NCBI GenBank assembly: GCA_937625935.1
Contig: OW569394.1
Coordinates: 62,001-126,000 of the forward strand
Direction: 5' to 3'
Source: Tetramitus jugosus
Lineage: Eukaryota > Protista > Heterolobosea
DNA length: 64,000 bases
The notes under the pieces are model-generated. The model saw only the letters and a program-made list of their open reading frames with translations. It made no database searches and was not told the DNA's origin. Shown here one piece after another: positions 35,475 through 44,119 of the stretch. Both the position numbers and the translations under genes were made by a program. Every line of letters begins with the position of its first letter. Positions within the stretch are counted from its first letter, which is position 1.

Positions 35475-36950
35475 TCAGAATTGTAGAGTTGTTGAACTGG
35501 ATTTGAAATGTTGAATCACCTTTTCGATGAACGCACTGTCTCGGTTGTTATCAGACCAAGAAAGTGTGTGGATACCCTCCAAATAAACTAATGCCTTCTC
35601 AGTGATCGATTCTTGCTGACATCCATTCATATACAGTGTGTGAATACCAACCAAATGAGCAAAAGCATTGTCTGTAATTTGGTGGCACTCATCCATATGC
35701 AGAACACGAACACCAGACAAATGAGAAAAGGCTTGATCTGTTACTTGATTGCAACCACTCATGATGAGCGTGTGAATACCAGCTAAATGAGGAAAAGCCT
35801 GATCCGAGATTTGACTGCAACCACTCATATTGAGAATGTGAATGCCAGCCAGATGGAGAAATGCTTTGTCTGTGATTTTCATGCAATGACTCATATTGAG
35901 CGCACGAATACCGGTCAAATGGGAGAATGCATTGTCTGTAATTTGATTACAACCAGTTATAATGAGTGTGTCGATACCAACCAAATGAGAAAACGCTCGA
36001 TCTGTGATTCGATTGCAAAACATCATGCCAAGTGAATGAATGCCCCTCAAATATGGGAATGCCTTGTCTGTGATTTGTTTGCAATAATCCATATAGAGTG
36101 TATGAATGCCAGCTAAGTGGCGAAATGCATTGTCCGTAATTTGCTCACAGGAACTTATATCAAGCGTGTGAATACCCGTCAAATGAGAAAATGCATCGTC
36201 TGTGATCTGATGGCAACCATTCATAACGAGTGAGTGAATACCAGCTAAATGACAAAATGCTTTGTCTGATATCCGGGTGCAACAAGTTATATCAAGAGTG
36301 TGAATGCCAGTTAGATGAGAAAAGGCCTCATCTGTGATTTGATCGCAATCACTGATATCAAGACTGTGAATACCAGTCAAATGACAAAAGGCATCATCTG
36401 TGATTTGAGTGCAATAAGTCATCTTGAGCGAGTGAATGCCAGTCAAATAAAGAAAAGCATTGTCCGTGACACTCTTACAACAACTTATATCAATTGTATG
36501 AATTCCAATCAAATAAGGAAAAGCATTGTCCGTGATTTTCTTGCAACTATTCATATCGAGTGAATGAATACCCTTCAAGAATTGAAAATGGTCATCCAGT
36601 ACATGTGGATTATTGTTCAAGTCAACATTGAACAGTGTTCCTTTTGCCAATCGAAACCAGTGTTCAATCTCCTTCGCATTCAAAGCTTTCTTTAGTTTTC
36701 TCCTCTTGGTGGACATGAGGGGTCGATTGAATTTAAATTGATTGATTCCTTTGCAAGTGTAACTCAATTTCAACCATTCTAACGTATTACAAAATTCAAT
36801 GATTTTTGACCAGGTGTCTCTGCAGAGTTCAGAACAAATTTCAAACATTTCATCATCTTCACTTTCATTACATCTCTTGAGCTTTACTGCATCTATTGCA
36901 TTCTTGGTTTCAGCAGCGTCATCCAACATGTTGTGGGAACGTTTTTTCAT
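35475..36950 (-). CDS. F-box/leucine-rich repeat protein with about 14 near-perfect 25-aa LRRs
   Basis: LCRDTWSKIIEFC...LSYTCK F-box-like motif; repeats of GIHTLDISxCxQITDxAFxHLx. Confidence 0.85.
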   Translation of the reverse strand: MKKRSHNMLDDAAETKNAIDAVKLKRCNESEDDEMFEICSELCRDTWSKIIEFCNTLEWLKLSYTCKGINQFKFNRPLMSTKRRKLKKALNAKEIEHWFRLAKGTLFNVDLNNNPHVLDDHFQFLKGIHSLDMNSCKKITDNAFPYLIGIHTIDISCCKSVTDNAFLYLTGIHSLKMTYCTQITDDAFCHLTGIHSLDISDCDQITDEAFSHLTGIHTLDITCCTRISDKAFCHLAGIHSLVMNGCHQITDDAFSHLTGIHTLDISSCEQITDNAFRHLAGIHTLYMDYCKQITDKAFPYLRGIHSLGMMFCNRITDRAFSHLVGIDTLIITGCNQITDNAFSHLTGIRALNMSHCMKITDKAFLHLAGIHILNMSGCSQISDQAFPHLAGIHTLIMSGCNQVTDQAFSHLSGVRVLHMDECHQITDNAFAHLVGIHTLYMNGCQQESITEKALVYLEGIHTLSWSDNNRDSAFIEKVIQHFKSSSTTLQF

Positions 36951-37244
36951 CTGTTTCGATTCGTTTTTGAGTTCTCACACAACTTTAAAATCCGCGCCTT
37001 TCATGAACACATATTTTCGAATGACAATCTAAGAAACAACCCTAACCCCTCTCCCTGAGAATCTTAGAAACCAAAGTTCACCTCGTTGGAAACCCAACAT
37101 CACTCCACTGTGGTGAATTCTACTCCGACCTCATATTTTGCCGACGAAAAACCATAAATACAAAAAAACAAAAATTTTTGATCACCATCGAAAAAAAAGC
37201 AAATCAAAAACGGACATACAAAAAAGCAAATCATCAACATCACC

Positions 37245-38768
37245 ATGACAACCACCACCAACAAACGCAAAACAACCAACAACAAGAACAATGAAGACCT
37301 CACCTATCGCATCAAATTCTCCGATCCTCAACGAGAAGCCGCCAAACAAAAAACAATACAAAATCAACAGACACAACAAATGAAGAATCTGCAGAAACCA
37401 ACGAGAACTATTCTCATTGAAAATTTGCCAGACTCACACATGGATCGTTATGACTTTAAGAGCTTTTTTGAAGTGTTTGGTGCTGTTGAACAATATTCGA
37501 CTTTCCAATCGACTGTGACATTGCCTCACAATGATCGTATTGTGACCATCAATTGTGGTGCAGTGAGATTTGAGAGTGTGGAGGAAGCTGTGACTGCTGT
37601 TCGCGCCCTTCATGGAAAATTCATTAGCGGAGATTCTTCGATAGCGGGAAAAAATTTGGGCGGGAAAAAAGGTGGCTCTACGGAAGCGTTGATCATGAGC
37701 TATGTGCAAGGAAAACAGTTTCCAACGGGTACTCCAGCTTCTTCTGGTGCTTCTTCATCAAAAAATGTTGCTTCTCAACAACAACAACAAAAAACAGCTC
37801 CAAGCAGCTCAAGCAACAAAAAATCAAAAAATGAAGAGCAACAACAACAAGTGAACAAAAAATTGGCTCAACAGTTGGTTCACATGGGTTTCAATAAGCA
37901 ACAAGCAGAGGCAGCTCTATTGGCAGTTTCAAACTCTTCTGTTGAAGATGCTGTGGATTACATTGAATCCAATTTTTCTACTGATCGGTCTGTATCTGAC
38001 AGTGCTCAACAAGAACAACAAGAAGATGGAGGATTGACCAAGGAAGAGAAATTGCAAGAGAAGAAAAGGTTGAAAAAAGAGAGACAAAGGTTGCAAAAAT
38101 TGCAACAGTCTCCTCGAGTTGAAGCTTCCAATGAAAAGAATGAAAAAGAAGAAAAAAGAGAAGAAAAAACAGTGTTGAAAGAAGAGAAGAAGAACAAGCC
38201 ATTGACTGAACCACAACAAGCACAACAAGAAAAGAGTGCAAGTAGTAGTGATGAGAACAGTGATGACATGAAAAACAAGGTGATTCAATTGGTTGAAAAA
38301 ATGAAGTTTCAAGTGAGTAACGACGACTTTGTCAAGTTTAGAAAATTGAGTGCTGATTTTCAAAGGGGATTGATTCATGCAAATGAATATTATCGTGTCT
38401 TTTACAAGATGTTTGCCAATGATGAGGAATCCATTTTCTTCCTATTGTTGGAAACGATGCCAAACAGAGATTTGCGCAAGGTGGAATCACTGATTGTCGC
38501 CAGACACACTTTCCACGATCAACAGCAACAAGTTCAGGCAGACAAGACATCCTCAAATGATGATCAAGACAAGAAGAAGAAAAAGAAGAAGTCGAGTGAT
38601 CAAGGCAGTGGTGCCACTGTGACTCAGAACCAAGCCAAGACAACAGGAAAATCCAATGTAGTTGTCGATAAGAACAATCCGTTTGCTTCATTGGAGGACT
38701 TTGATGAAGATCAAGCGCCATCCGCCAACAAGACTGCAAAGAAAAAGTCACAAAAGAAGAAGAAGTAA
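37245..38768 (+). CDS. RRM + UBA protein with possible Hel2/ZNF598-type PAH-like domain
   Basis: RRM (TILIENLP...CGAVRFESVEEAVTAVRALHG), UBA (LVHMGFNKQQAEAALLAVSNSSVEDAVDYI) and FRKLSADFQRGLIHANEYY. Confidence 0.75.
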   Translation: MTTTTNKRKTTNNKNNEDLTYRIKFSDPQREAAKQKTIQNQQTQQMKNLQKPTRTILIENLPDSHMDRYDFKSFFEVFGAVEQYSTFQSTVTLPHNDRIVTINCGAVRFESVEEAVTAVRALHGKFISGDSSIAGKNLGGKKGGSTEALIMSYVQGKQFPTGTPASSGASSSKNVASQQQQQKTAPSSSSNKKSKNEEQQQQVNKKLAQQLVHMGFNKQQAEAALLAVSNSSVEDAVDYIESNFSTDRSVSDSAQQEQQEDGGLTKEEKLQEKKRLKKERQRLQKLQQSPRVEASNEKNEKEEKREEKTVLKEEKKNKPLTEPQQAQQEKSASSSDENSDDMKNKVIQLVEKMKFQVSNDDFVKFRKLSADFQRGLIHANEYYRVFYKMFANDEESIFFLLLETMPNRDLRKVESLIVARHTFHDQQQQVQADKTSSNDDQDKKKKKKKSSDQGSGATVTQNQAKTTGKSNVVVDKNNPFASLEDFDEDQAPSANKTAKKKSQKKKK

Positions 38769-39009
38769 AGCAGTCGAGACATTGTTACCCAATTGTCACC
38801 CATTCACAATGGAACTTTTGAGATTTTCCTGCATTCTCTTTTTTCCCTATTTGATTCCGAGAGCCTTCAACCAAGCAAAACTTGAACCTCGTTTCCCCGA
38901 TATCCACAACAAAATCAAATCTCGCGATCGAAGAAACAACAAAGCAAGAACAAAAAAAAAATCAAATTCGAACACCAAACAAACGAACAAACCAACAAAA
39001 CGAACAACA

Positions 39010-40227
39010 ATGAGTTCAATTCTTGAAAACATCAACAGTCACATCAATGAAGGAAAGTTCTATGAAGCTTCTCAAATGTACAAGGTACTCATTATGCGAT
39101 ATGCCAAGAATGGAAAACTTGACACAAGTATTCAATTGGCCATCAAGGGCATAAAAACCATGTTTCAATCCAAAAAAGTGGCACTCTCATCAGAGATTGC
39201 TTACACACTAGTCAAGGACGTGCTTGAAAAGTATGAGTTCAAGATGGATCAAGTCGTTCGATTCAGTGCTACTCTCCAGTTGACTGTTTTGCAAATTTTG
39301 AGTGACATTGTCAAAATGTACAATGATTGTGGACTGTTGGAGAACGGTGAGTTGGAGTCCAAGGTTCGATTCTTGAAAGCTGCAGTTATTTTTTCTGCCG
39401 CCAAAAATAAGAGCGCCGCCACGGACACTACGGAAAATACCGCGAGTGATCAATCAACATCTACCAAGAAGAAGAAATCTGAGAGTGCAAGTGCTTCTGA
39501 TCAAGGTGAACCATCTCTTCATTTGGCATTGGCAAAGACGTATGAACAATTGGGTGACTTCAAGAAGGCCAACACTCAATTCATTCGATCTCATGACATG
39601 AATGAATATGCCAAGATGCTCATTCATTGGTCATTGGACTCTAGACAAGCATTGATCACTCTTCAACAAGCTCCTGCAAGTGAAAGTGATGATGCTGATG
39701 AGAAGCAACAAAAAACTCTTCAGACTCTCCTGTTGAATGAAGATGATTTGTTGTTGACAAGAAGCTTGCTTCAAGTCATTCTGGGCACAAACAGTCACTT
39801 GGAGGCCAAACAATTGTTTGATGCCTATCTCAAGTTGTTTAAGCAAGAAATGGGTGCTGATTTGAAGAAACCATTGATTCAATTTGATCGTTTCTTGCTG
39901 TTGGCTGTTGAAAAGAAGAATTATGATCTTTTGAACAAGTCCATGAAGAGCTATGAACAAGAATTGAGCAGAGATTCAAAGATTCAAGACTTGTTGAAGA
40001 ATGTGACCAGCAATGTGTTTGGTATTAAGGTTGCTGATAACTCAATGGCTGGAATGTTGAATTCCATGTTGGGTTCTTTGATGGGCGGTGGTAGTTCTTC
40101 CAACAGCGGCGGTGCTGCTGCCAATAGCAATCCTATGGCTGCTCTGTTGGGCAGTTTGGGTGGTGCTGCGCCTCGACCCTCCTCCAACAACAGCCCCAGC
40201 AGCATTGTGGATGATGATTTGGATTAA
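39010..40227 (+). CDS. GET4: Golgi to ER traffic protein 4 (Get4/TRC35)
   Basis: EGKFYEASQMYK...RY, GEPSLHLALA, DLLLTRSLLQ, PLIQFDRFLLLA and C-terminal GMLNSMLGSLMGG. True ATG at 39010. Confidence 0.85.
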   Translation: MSSILENINSHINEGKFYEASQMYKVLIMRYAKNGKLDTSIQLAIKGIKTMFQSKKVALSSEIAYTLVKDVLEKYEFKMDQVVRFSATLQLTVLQILSDIVKMYNDCGLLENGELESKVRFLKAAVIFSAAKNKSAATDTTENTASDQSTSTKKKKSESASASDQGEPSLHLALAKTYEQLGDFKKANTQFIRSHDMNEYAKMLIHWSLDSRQALITLQQAPASESDDADEKQQKTLQTLLLNEDDLLLTRSLLQVILGTNSHLEAKQLFDAYLKLFKQEMGADLKKPLIQFDRFLLLAVEKKNYDLLNKSMKSYEQELSRDSKIQDLLKNVTSNVFGIKVADNSMAGMLNSMLGSLMGGGSSSNSGGAAANSNPMAALLGSLGGAAPRPSSNNSPSSIVDDDLD

Positions 40228-40403
40228 GGAGGTTGAGGATGACTATTGCATCACAAAACCTGTACCTTATTGTATTATCCAACATGTATAAAACGGTTGT
40301 AATTTTGCGCGAAGTTCCACTCGCAATTTTCTTTTGTGTTCTTCAGTTTTGATCCCAGTGTTGCATCGAGTCATATGTATCATAAACCAACGAAATTTTA
40401 TTA

Positions 40404-40469
40404 CATACGAGCATTAGTAGGATAAGTACTTTTGATGGCCCGATAGTACTTATCCTACTATGCTTGTGT
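40404..40469. ncRNA. Pre-miRNA-like hairpin (candidate)
   Basis: 16-bp perfect inverted repeat TAGTAGGATAAGTACT / AGTACTTATCCTACTA, extendable to about 25 bp with one bulge and G-U pairs; intergenic. Confidence 0.4.
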
Positions 40470-40599
40470 TGCATTGGTGCAACTCCTACTAGGCACGAAT
40501 GCCATGGTTCTCGTTGGTGATGATACTTGGAGATATTCTGGCTAAGGGTATATCATACTGATCTTGGTAAGCATGGAGATTCCTACAGATCGAATTCGC

Positions 40600-42054
40600 T
40601 CATTGGAATTCGACCTCACAATCTTCAGAACCAAAAAAATCAAATTGATATTCCAATATGTCTTCTTCAATACGTCTGGAATACTTGGTTATAGAAGGAT
40701 TCACTTCTTCATCCTCCTCGTCGAGGCAACAACGTTTTCGTTTTGTGCCAGTTGGTTGGTCACTCATATTAGGGAGACGTATTGATTCATCAAATCCAAA
40801 TGGGTCACAGGTCAATGTAGAAACACCAAAGATTTTTGGTGTATCTAAATCTGTGAAAATCTCCTCAGTGTTTGTGGAGTCCTCTGCCGACTCATTAGTT
40901 TCATCGAATAACGCAGCAAGGGAACTAATTGTTTCAGACGATGTCAAGAGATTCTCTTCCACAGTTTCAATAGAGTCCTCTGCAGAAGTAGTTGATGGGG
41001 TAGGACTGTAGCAGTCTGAGACATCAGGGGTGGTGCTCTGAGATGATGGAGAAACCGAAGACTCACTTGAAGAATCCAGAGAGAAAAAGTCAGAGTATTG
41101 TGTTGGGTTCGCGAACTGACGTTCGTTTGAGGAATTCATGAGGGCAAAGTTGTTGTCCGAAGTGGAAGTGTACATGAACTGATTCACATGTGAGTTCATG
41201 GCTGGAGGTGCAAAACAAACTGATGGACCATATGAAAATGGTAGTGGCCACGACTGGCCCATAAGACCATGGACAAGAGGGGCAAATGATAGTTGTTGGC
41301 TTGGTTGTTGATGGTAGCACATGGGTCCATGATAATAACAATTGGGTGATCCTGTCATCATGTTGTTAACAACATGGATTGCAGGTGGAGGTGCAAGTGG
41401 TCCTTGTGGTGGTGGTGGTGGCTGCTGTTGACAATTCTTGACTTCCCTGGGTGGAACAAGTGGGTCAGGATTGTGTGTGGTGGTCAAGAATTGTTCATGG
41501 ATCATGGTCATTGTCAAGGACTCGTCCAACACAATGCTTTTTCCGAGTAGAGTCGTGAGGTACTCTTCGCATCTTGGGAGTCGACCTTTACCATTCACTT
41601 TACCAAAGTAGTAGATTGAATCTTGCTCCTCATCAATCTTGACATCCAGCCTGAACCATGGCTTATCCTCTTCCACACAACTCGAGTCAAACTCGATTTG
41701 AAAACGATTCTTCTCCTTCTTGTTTTTTGTTACTTGGATGAGTGGACACTCTTGCAGATACTCCCACGTATCACTCTCTTGTTTCAGGAGATAGATGAAA
41801 ACTTGGATGCTGGAGGATTGAACACCTGGAGCGAGCGTGAAGAACATGTGAGTGATTTTGCGACGACCAGCAGAAGCATGAGTCACCATGGGAAAGAAGG
41901 CCAAATCTCCAGATGTCTTTGTTCCAAAACGGAAAGCAAACTTGGAGGTGAAACTGCGTGTAGCAGTGTGAGTTCGACTCATGAAGGGCTTGATGGTCTT
42001 TGGTGTGGACTTTTTCTTCTCAAAAGAAGAAGAGTTATTGGTAGATGTGGTCAT
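40600..42054 (-). CDS. Hypothetical transcription-regulator-like protein A
   Basis: 484-aa ORF; basic globular N-terminus, P/Q-rich then acidic S/T-rich C-terminus, KRKR NLS-like motif. Confidence 0.7.
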   Translation of the reverse strand: MTTSTNNSSSFEKKKSTPKTIKPFMSRTHTATRSFTSKFAFRFGTKTSGDLAFFPMVTHASAGRRKITHMFFTLAPGVQSSSIQVFIYLLKQESDTWEYLQECPLIQVTKNKKEKNRFQIEFDSSCVEEDKPWFRLDVKIDEEQDSIYYFGKVNGKGRLPRCEEYLTTLLGKSIVLDESLTMTMIHEQFLTTTHNPDPLVPPREVKNCQQQPPPPPQGPLAPPPAIHVVNNMMTGSPNCYYHGPMCYHQQPSQQLSFAPLVHGLMGQSWPLPFSYGPSVCFAPPAMNSHVNQFMYTSTSDNNFALMNSSNERQFANPTQYSDFFSLDSSSESSVSPSSQSTTPDVSDCYSPTPSTTSAEDSIETVEENLLTSSETISSLAALFDETNESAEDSTNTEEIFTDLDTPKIFGVSTLTCDPFGFDESIRLPNMSDQPTGTKRKRCCLDEEDEEVNPSITKYSRRIEEDILEYQFDFFGSEDCEVEFQ

Positions 42055-42346
42055 AAGAAGATGAGGTTAACAGTTTGTTGTTTTGTTTTTGTTGCTGTGA
42101 GAGAGTTGCTGTTTTTTGTGATGATGTGGTCGGAGAAGTAGTCATCCAGCCGGTGAAATAATGAAGGGAGGAGCTTTACAACGCAAGAACGAAGGAGACG
42201 GATAATTGAGCGGAGAATTGTTTTCCAATCTTGCATTTGAGTTGAGGAATTTAAAAGAAATTTATTCAGAATTAACAAGTAACATCGTGGGGAGTCCAAT
42301 GGTTTGAACAATTGGACATCCCAGCAAAGTACTTATTCGATCTACA

Positions 42347-42391
42347 TTCTTGCATTTGTGAGTAGTCAAGACTGTACCACAAATGCAAGAA
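42347..42391. repeat. Inverted repeat / hairpin
   Basis: 14-bp perfect arms TTCTTGCATTTGTG / CACAAATGCAAGAA with a 17-nt partly paired interior. Confidence 0.75.
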
Positions 42392-42459
42392 CATATTCGC
42401 TTCTGATTGGTCTCGCTGATATTAACAAGCTTAGCCTTCTGTGACGAGGACTTTTAGCT

Positions 42460-43905
42460 TTAAACATCAAGTAGATCAAATGAATCCCAAGGTTCTTCAC
42501 CTTCCCTATCATCCCCTTTGAGAGAAATATTACAGTTTTGGCCTGTTAATTGAGTTGGGTCGCTCAACATCAGTGACACTGCAACTCCACGGTTTCCACC
42601 GAATGAATGGCTATCAATTCTATTTGATAAGGTTCCTTCAGAATTTGACACTGAAGAGGAGTCCTCTGCGCATTCATTAGTTTCATCAATGAATGCAGCA
42701 GGAGAAACAGTTATTTCAGGTGATGTCGAGAGGCTCTCTGCTTCAATGTTAATAGGGAGCTCTTCAAAAGCGCTTGGTGTTGGCCTTTCGCACTCTGACA
42801 CATCAAGAGTAGTACTCTGAGCTGGTGAAGTCGCATTCCTAGTTGGCTCACTATTATGGAAAACGGAATCTTGTGTTGGGTGTTGTGGGTGCATGAGCCG
42901 CTTCACATGTGAGTTAATGGCTGGTTCTGAACCAAGCGATGCACGAAATAGAAATGAAAATAGGGCCATAAGATGTTGTTGCATCAACATGACTTGTTGC
43001 TGTTGTGCATACAATGCCATTTGTTGCAGTTGTTGGAATTGTAGTTGCTGCTGCTGTTGTTCAGAGCTTCGAGGAGCCGAAAAGGCCAACATCAGATTAT
43101 AATTCCTGTCCAACGAATCAAAAGAGTCAATATCATCCATATTCCAATCCATATCATCCCTAACCGAGGAGAACAATTCCTCCAACTTTAACATTTCATC
43201 CGAATCAGTGGAGGAGGATCCACTGACGAATGACGAGGCAGAGGATTCTCCGCTTGGTCCATTATAATCATCGGGTGTCATCACGTTGTCGACCACATGT
43301 GTTGCATATGGTGGAGGTGAAAGCGATAGTAGTTCTTGTAGTGCTGGAGATTGCAGCTGACCATGCATGATTGCCTGTGGTGAAACAACTTGCTCTGGTG
43401 GAACACGAGATACCATAGTATGAGTCGTGGCCAAACCAACAAATGAAATCCCATCATTTGAGTTGCTGCTGCCTTGAGTCAATACAACAGAGGTGCTAGT
43501 GCTAGCGACATTCTCGCTCCCGTCAGATGTTGTACGAGATTGCCTTGCTCCCTTCTTCTTCTTAGTTTTTGGTCTCTTGTTTGGCAGCCACTCATCCCCA
43601 GTGGGAACGTCCGTGTTGAATCTCTTCGTTCCCCTCTTTCCTTTCAGGGGACAGTCTGTTTTGTGCGTTGGATTTGCTTTGTTCCTGGCCTTGTCAAAAG
43701 ATGAGGCATCAGCGTGGCATCCCAAGCATTTGAATTCATAACTGCTTGCATGTCCCACTTTTCCTCGAAACTCATCTGTTCCACATGTGACACACAGTCC
43801 CTCAAAGATGGAATTGGATTTCTTCAGTCGATATCCAATGGATCCCTTGTTGCTGCAGGTTGGTCTTACACACTTCTCAAGTTCAGTGTCCTTTGTTTGG
43901 TTCAT
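42460..43905 (-). CDS. Hypothetical transcription-regulator-like protein B with Cys/His zinc-finger-like N-terminus
   Basis: CVRPTC..CVTC..CLGCH..HKTDC, basic NLS-like stretch; C-terminal half homologous to 40600-42054. Confidence 0.7.
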   Translation of the reverse strand: MNQTKDTELEKCVRPTCSNKGSIGYRLKKSNSIFEGLCVTCGTDEFRGKVGHASSYEFKCLGCHADASSFDKARNKANPTHKTDCPLKGKRGTKRFNTDVPTGDEWLPNKRPKTKKKKGARQSRTTSDGSENVASTSTSVVLTQGSSNSNDGISFVGLATTHTMVSRVPPEQVVSPQAIMHGQLQSPALQELLSLSPPPYATHVVDNVMTPDDYNGPSGESSASSFVSGSSSTDSDEMLKLEELFSSVRDDMDWNMDDIDSFDSLDRNYNLMLAFSAPRSSEQQQQQLQFQQLQQMALYAQQQQVMLMQQHLMALFSFLFRASLGSEPAINSHVKRLMHPQHPTQDSVFHNSEPTRNATSPAQSTTLDVSECERPTPSAFEELPINIEAESLSTSPEITVSPAAFIDETNECAEDSSSVSNSEGTLSNRIDSHSFGGNRGVAVSLMLSDPTQLTGQNCNISLKGDDREGEEPWDSFDLLDV

Positions 43906-44119
43906 AGTTTCAATGAATGGCTTGTATATATTTAGAGGATTGTTAGTGTTTGTTGTTTGTTTGTTTGTTTGATTATTGATCTCGAAACCTGGATCAAAAT
44001 GATGTTGAAAAAGTCACTCGAAAAAGAGCATGTACCAGGACATGTCAAGCGTAGATCATGACAGCAGCGCGTTTTTTTGCGAAAAACTTTACAATAACAT
44101 TATGTGAAGTCCATGCATT

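Noticed and set aside
38662-39009. Upstream ORF extensions of GET4 (also HEATR3, the SDR and the 29853 ORF)
   Set aside because: Non-ATG or out-of-context starts running through A/C-rich UTRs; family homology begins at the downstream ATG.
40517-40561. GTGATGA...CTGA as a box C/D snoRNA
   Set aside because: Only about 45 nt, with a weak terminal stem and no identifiable guide.
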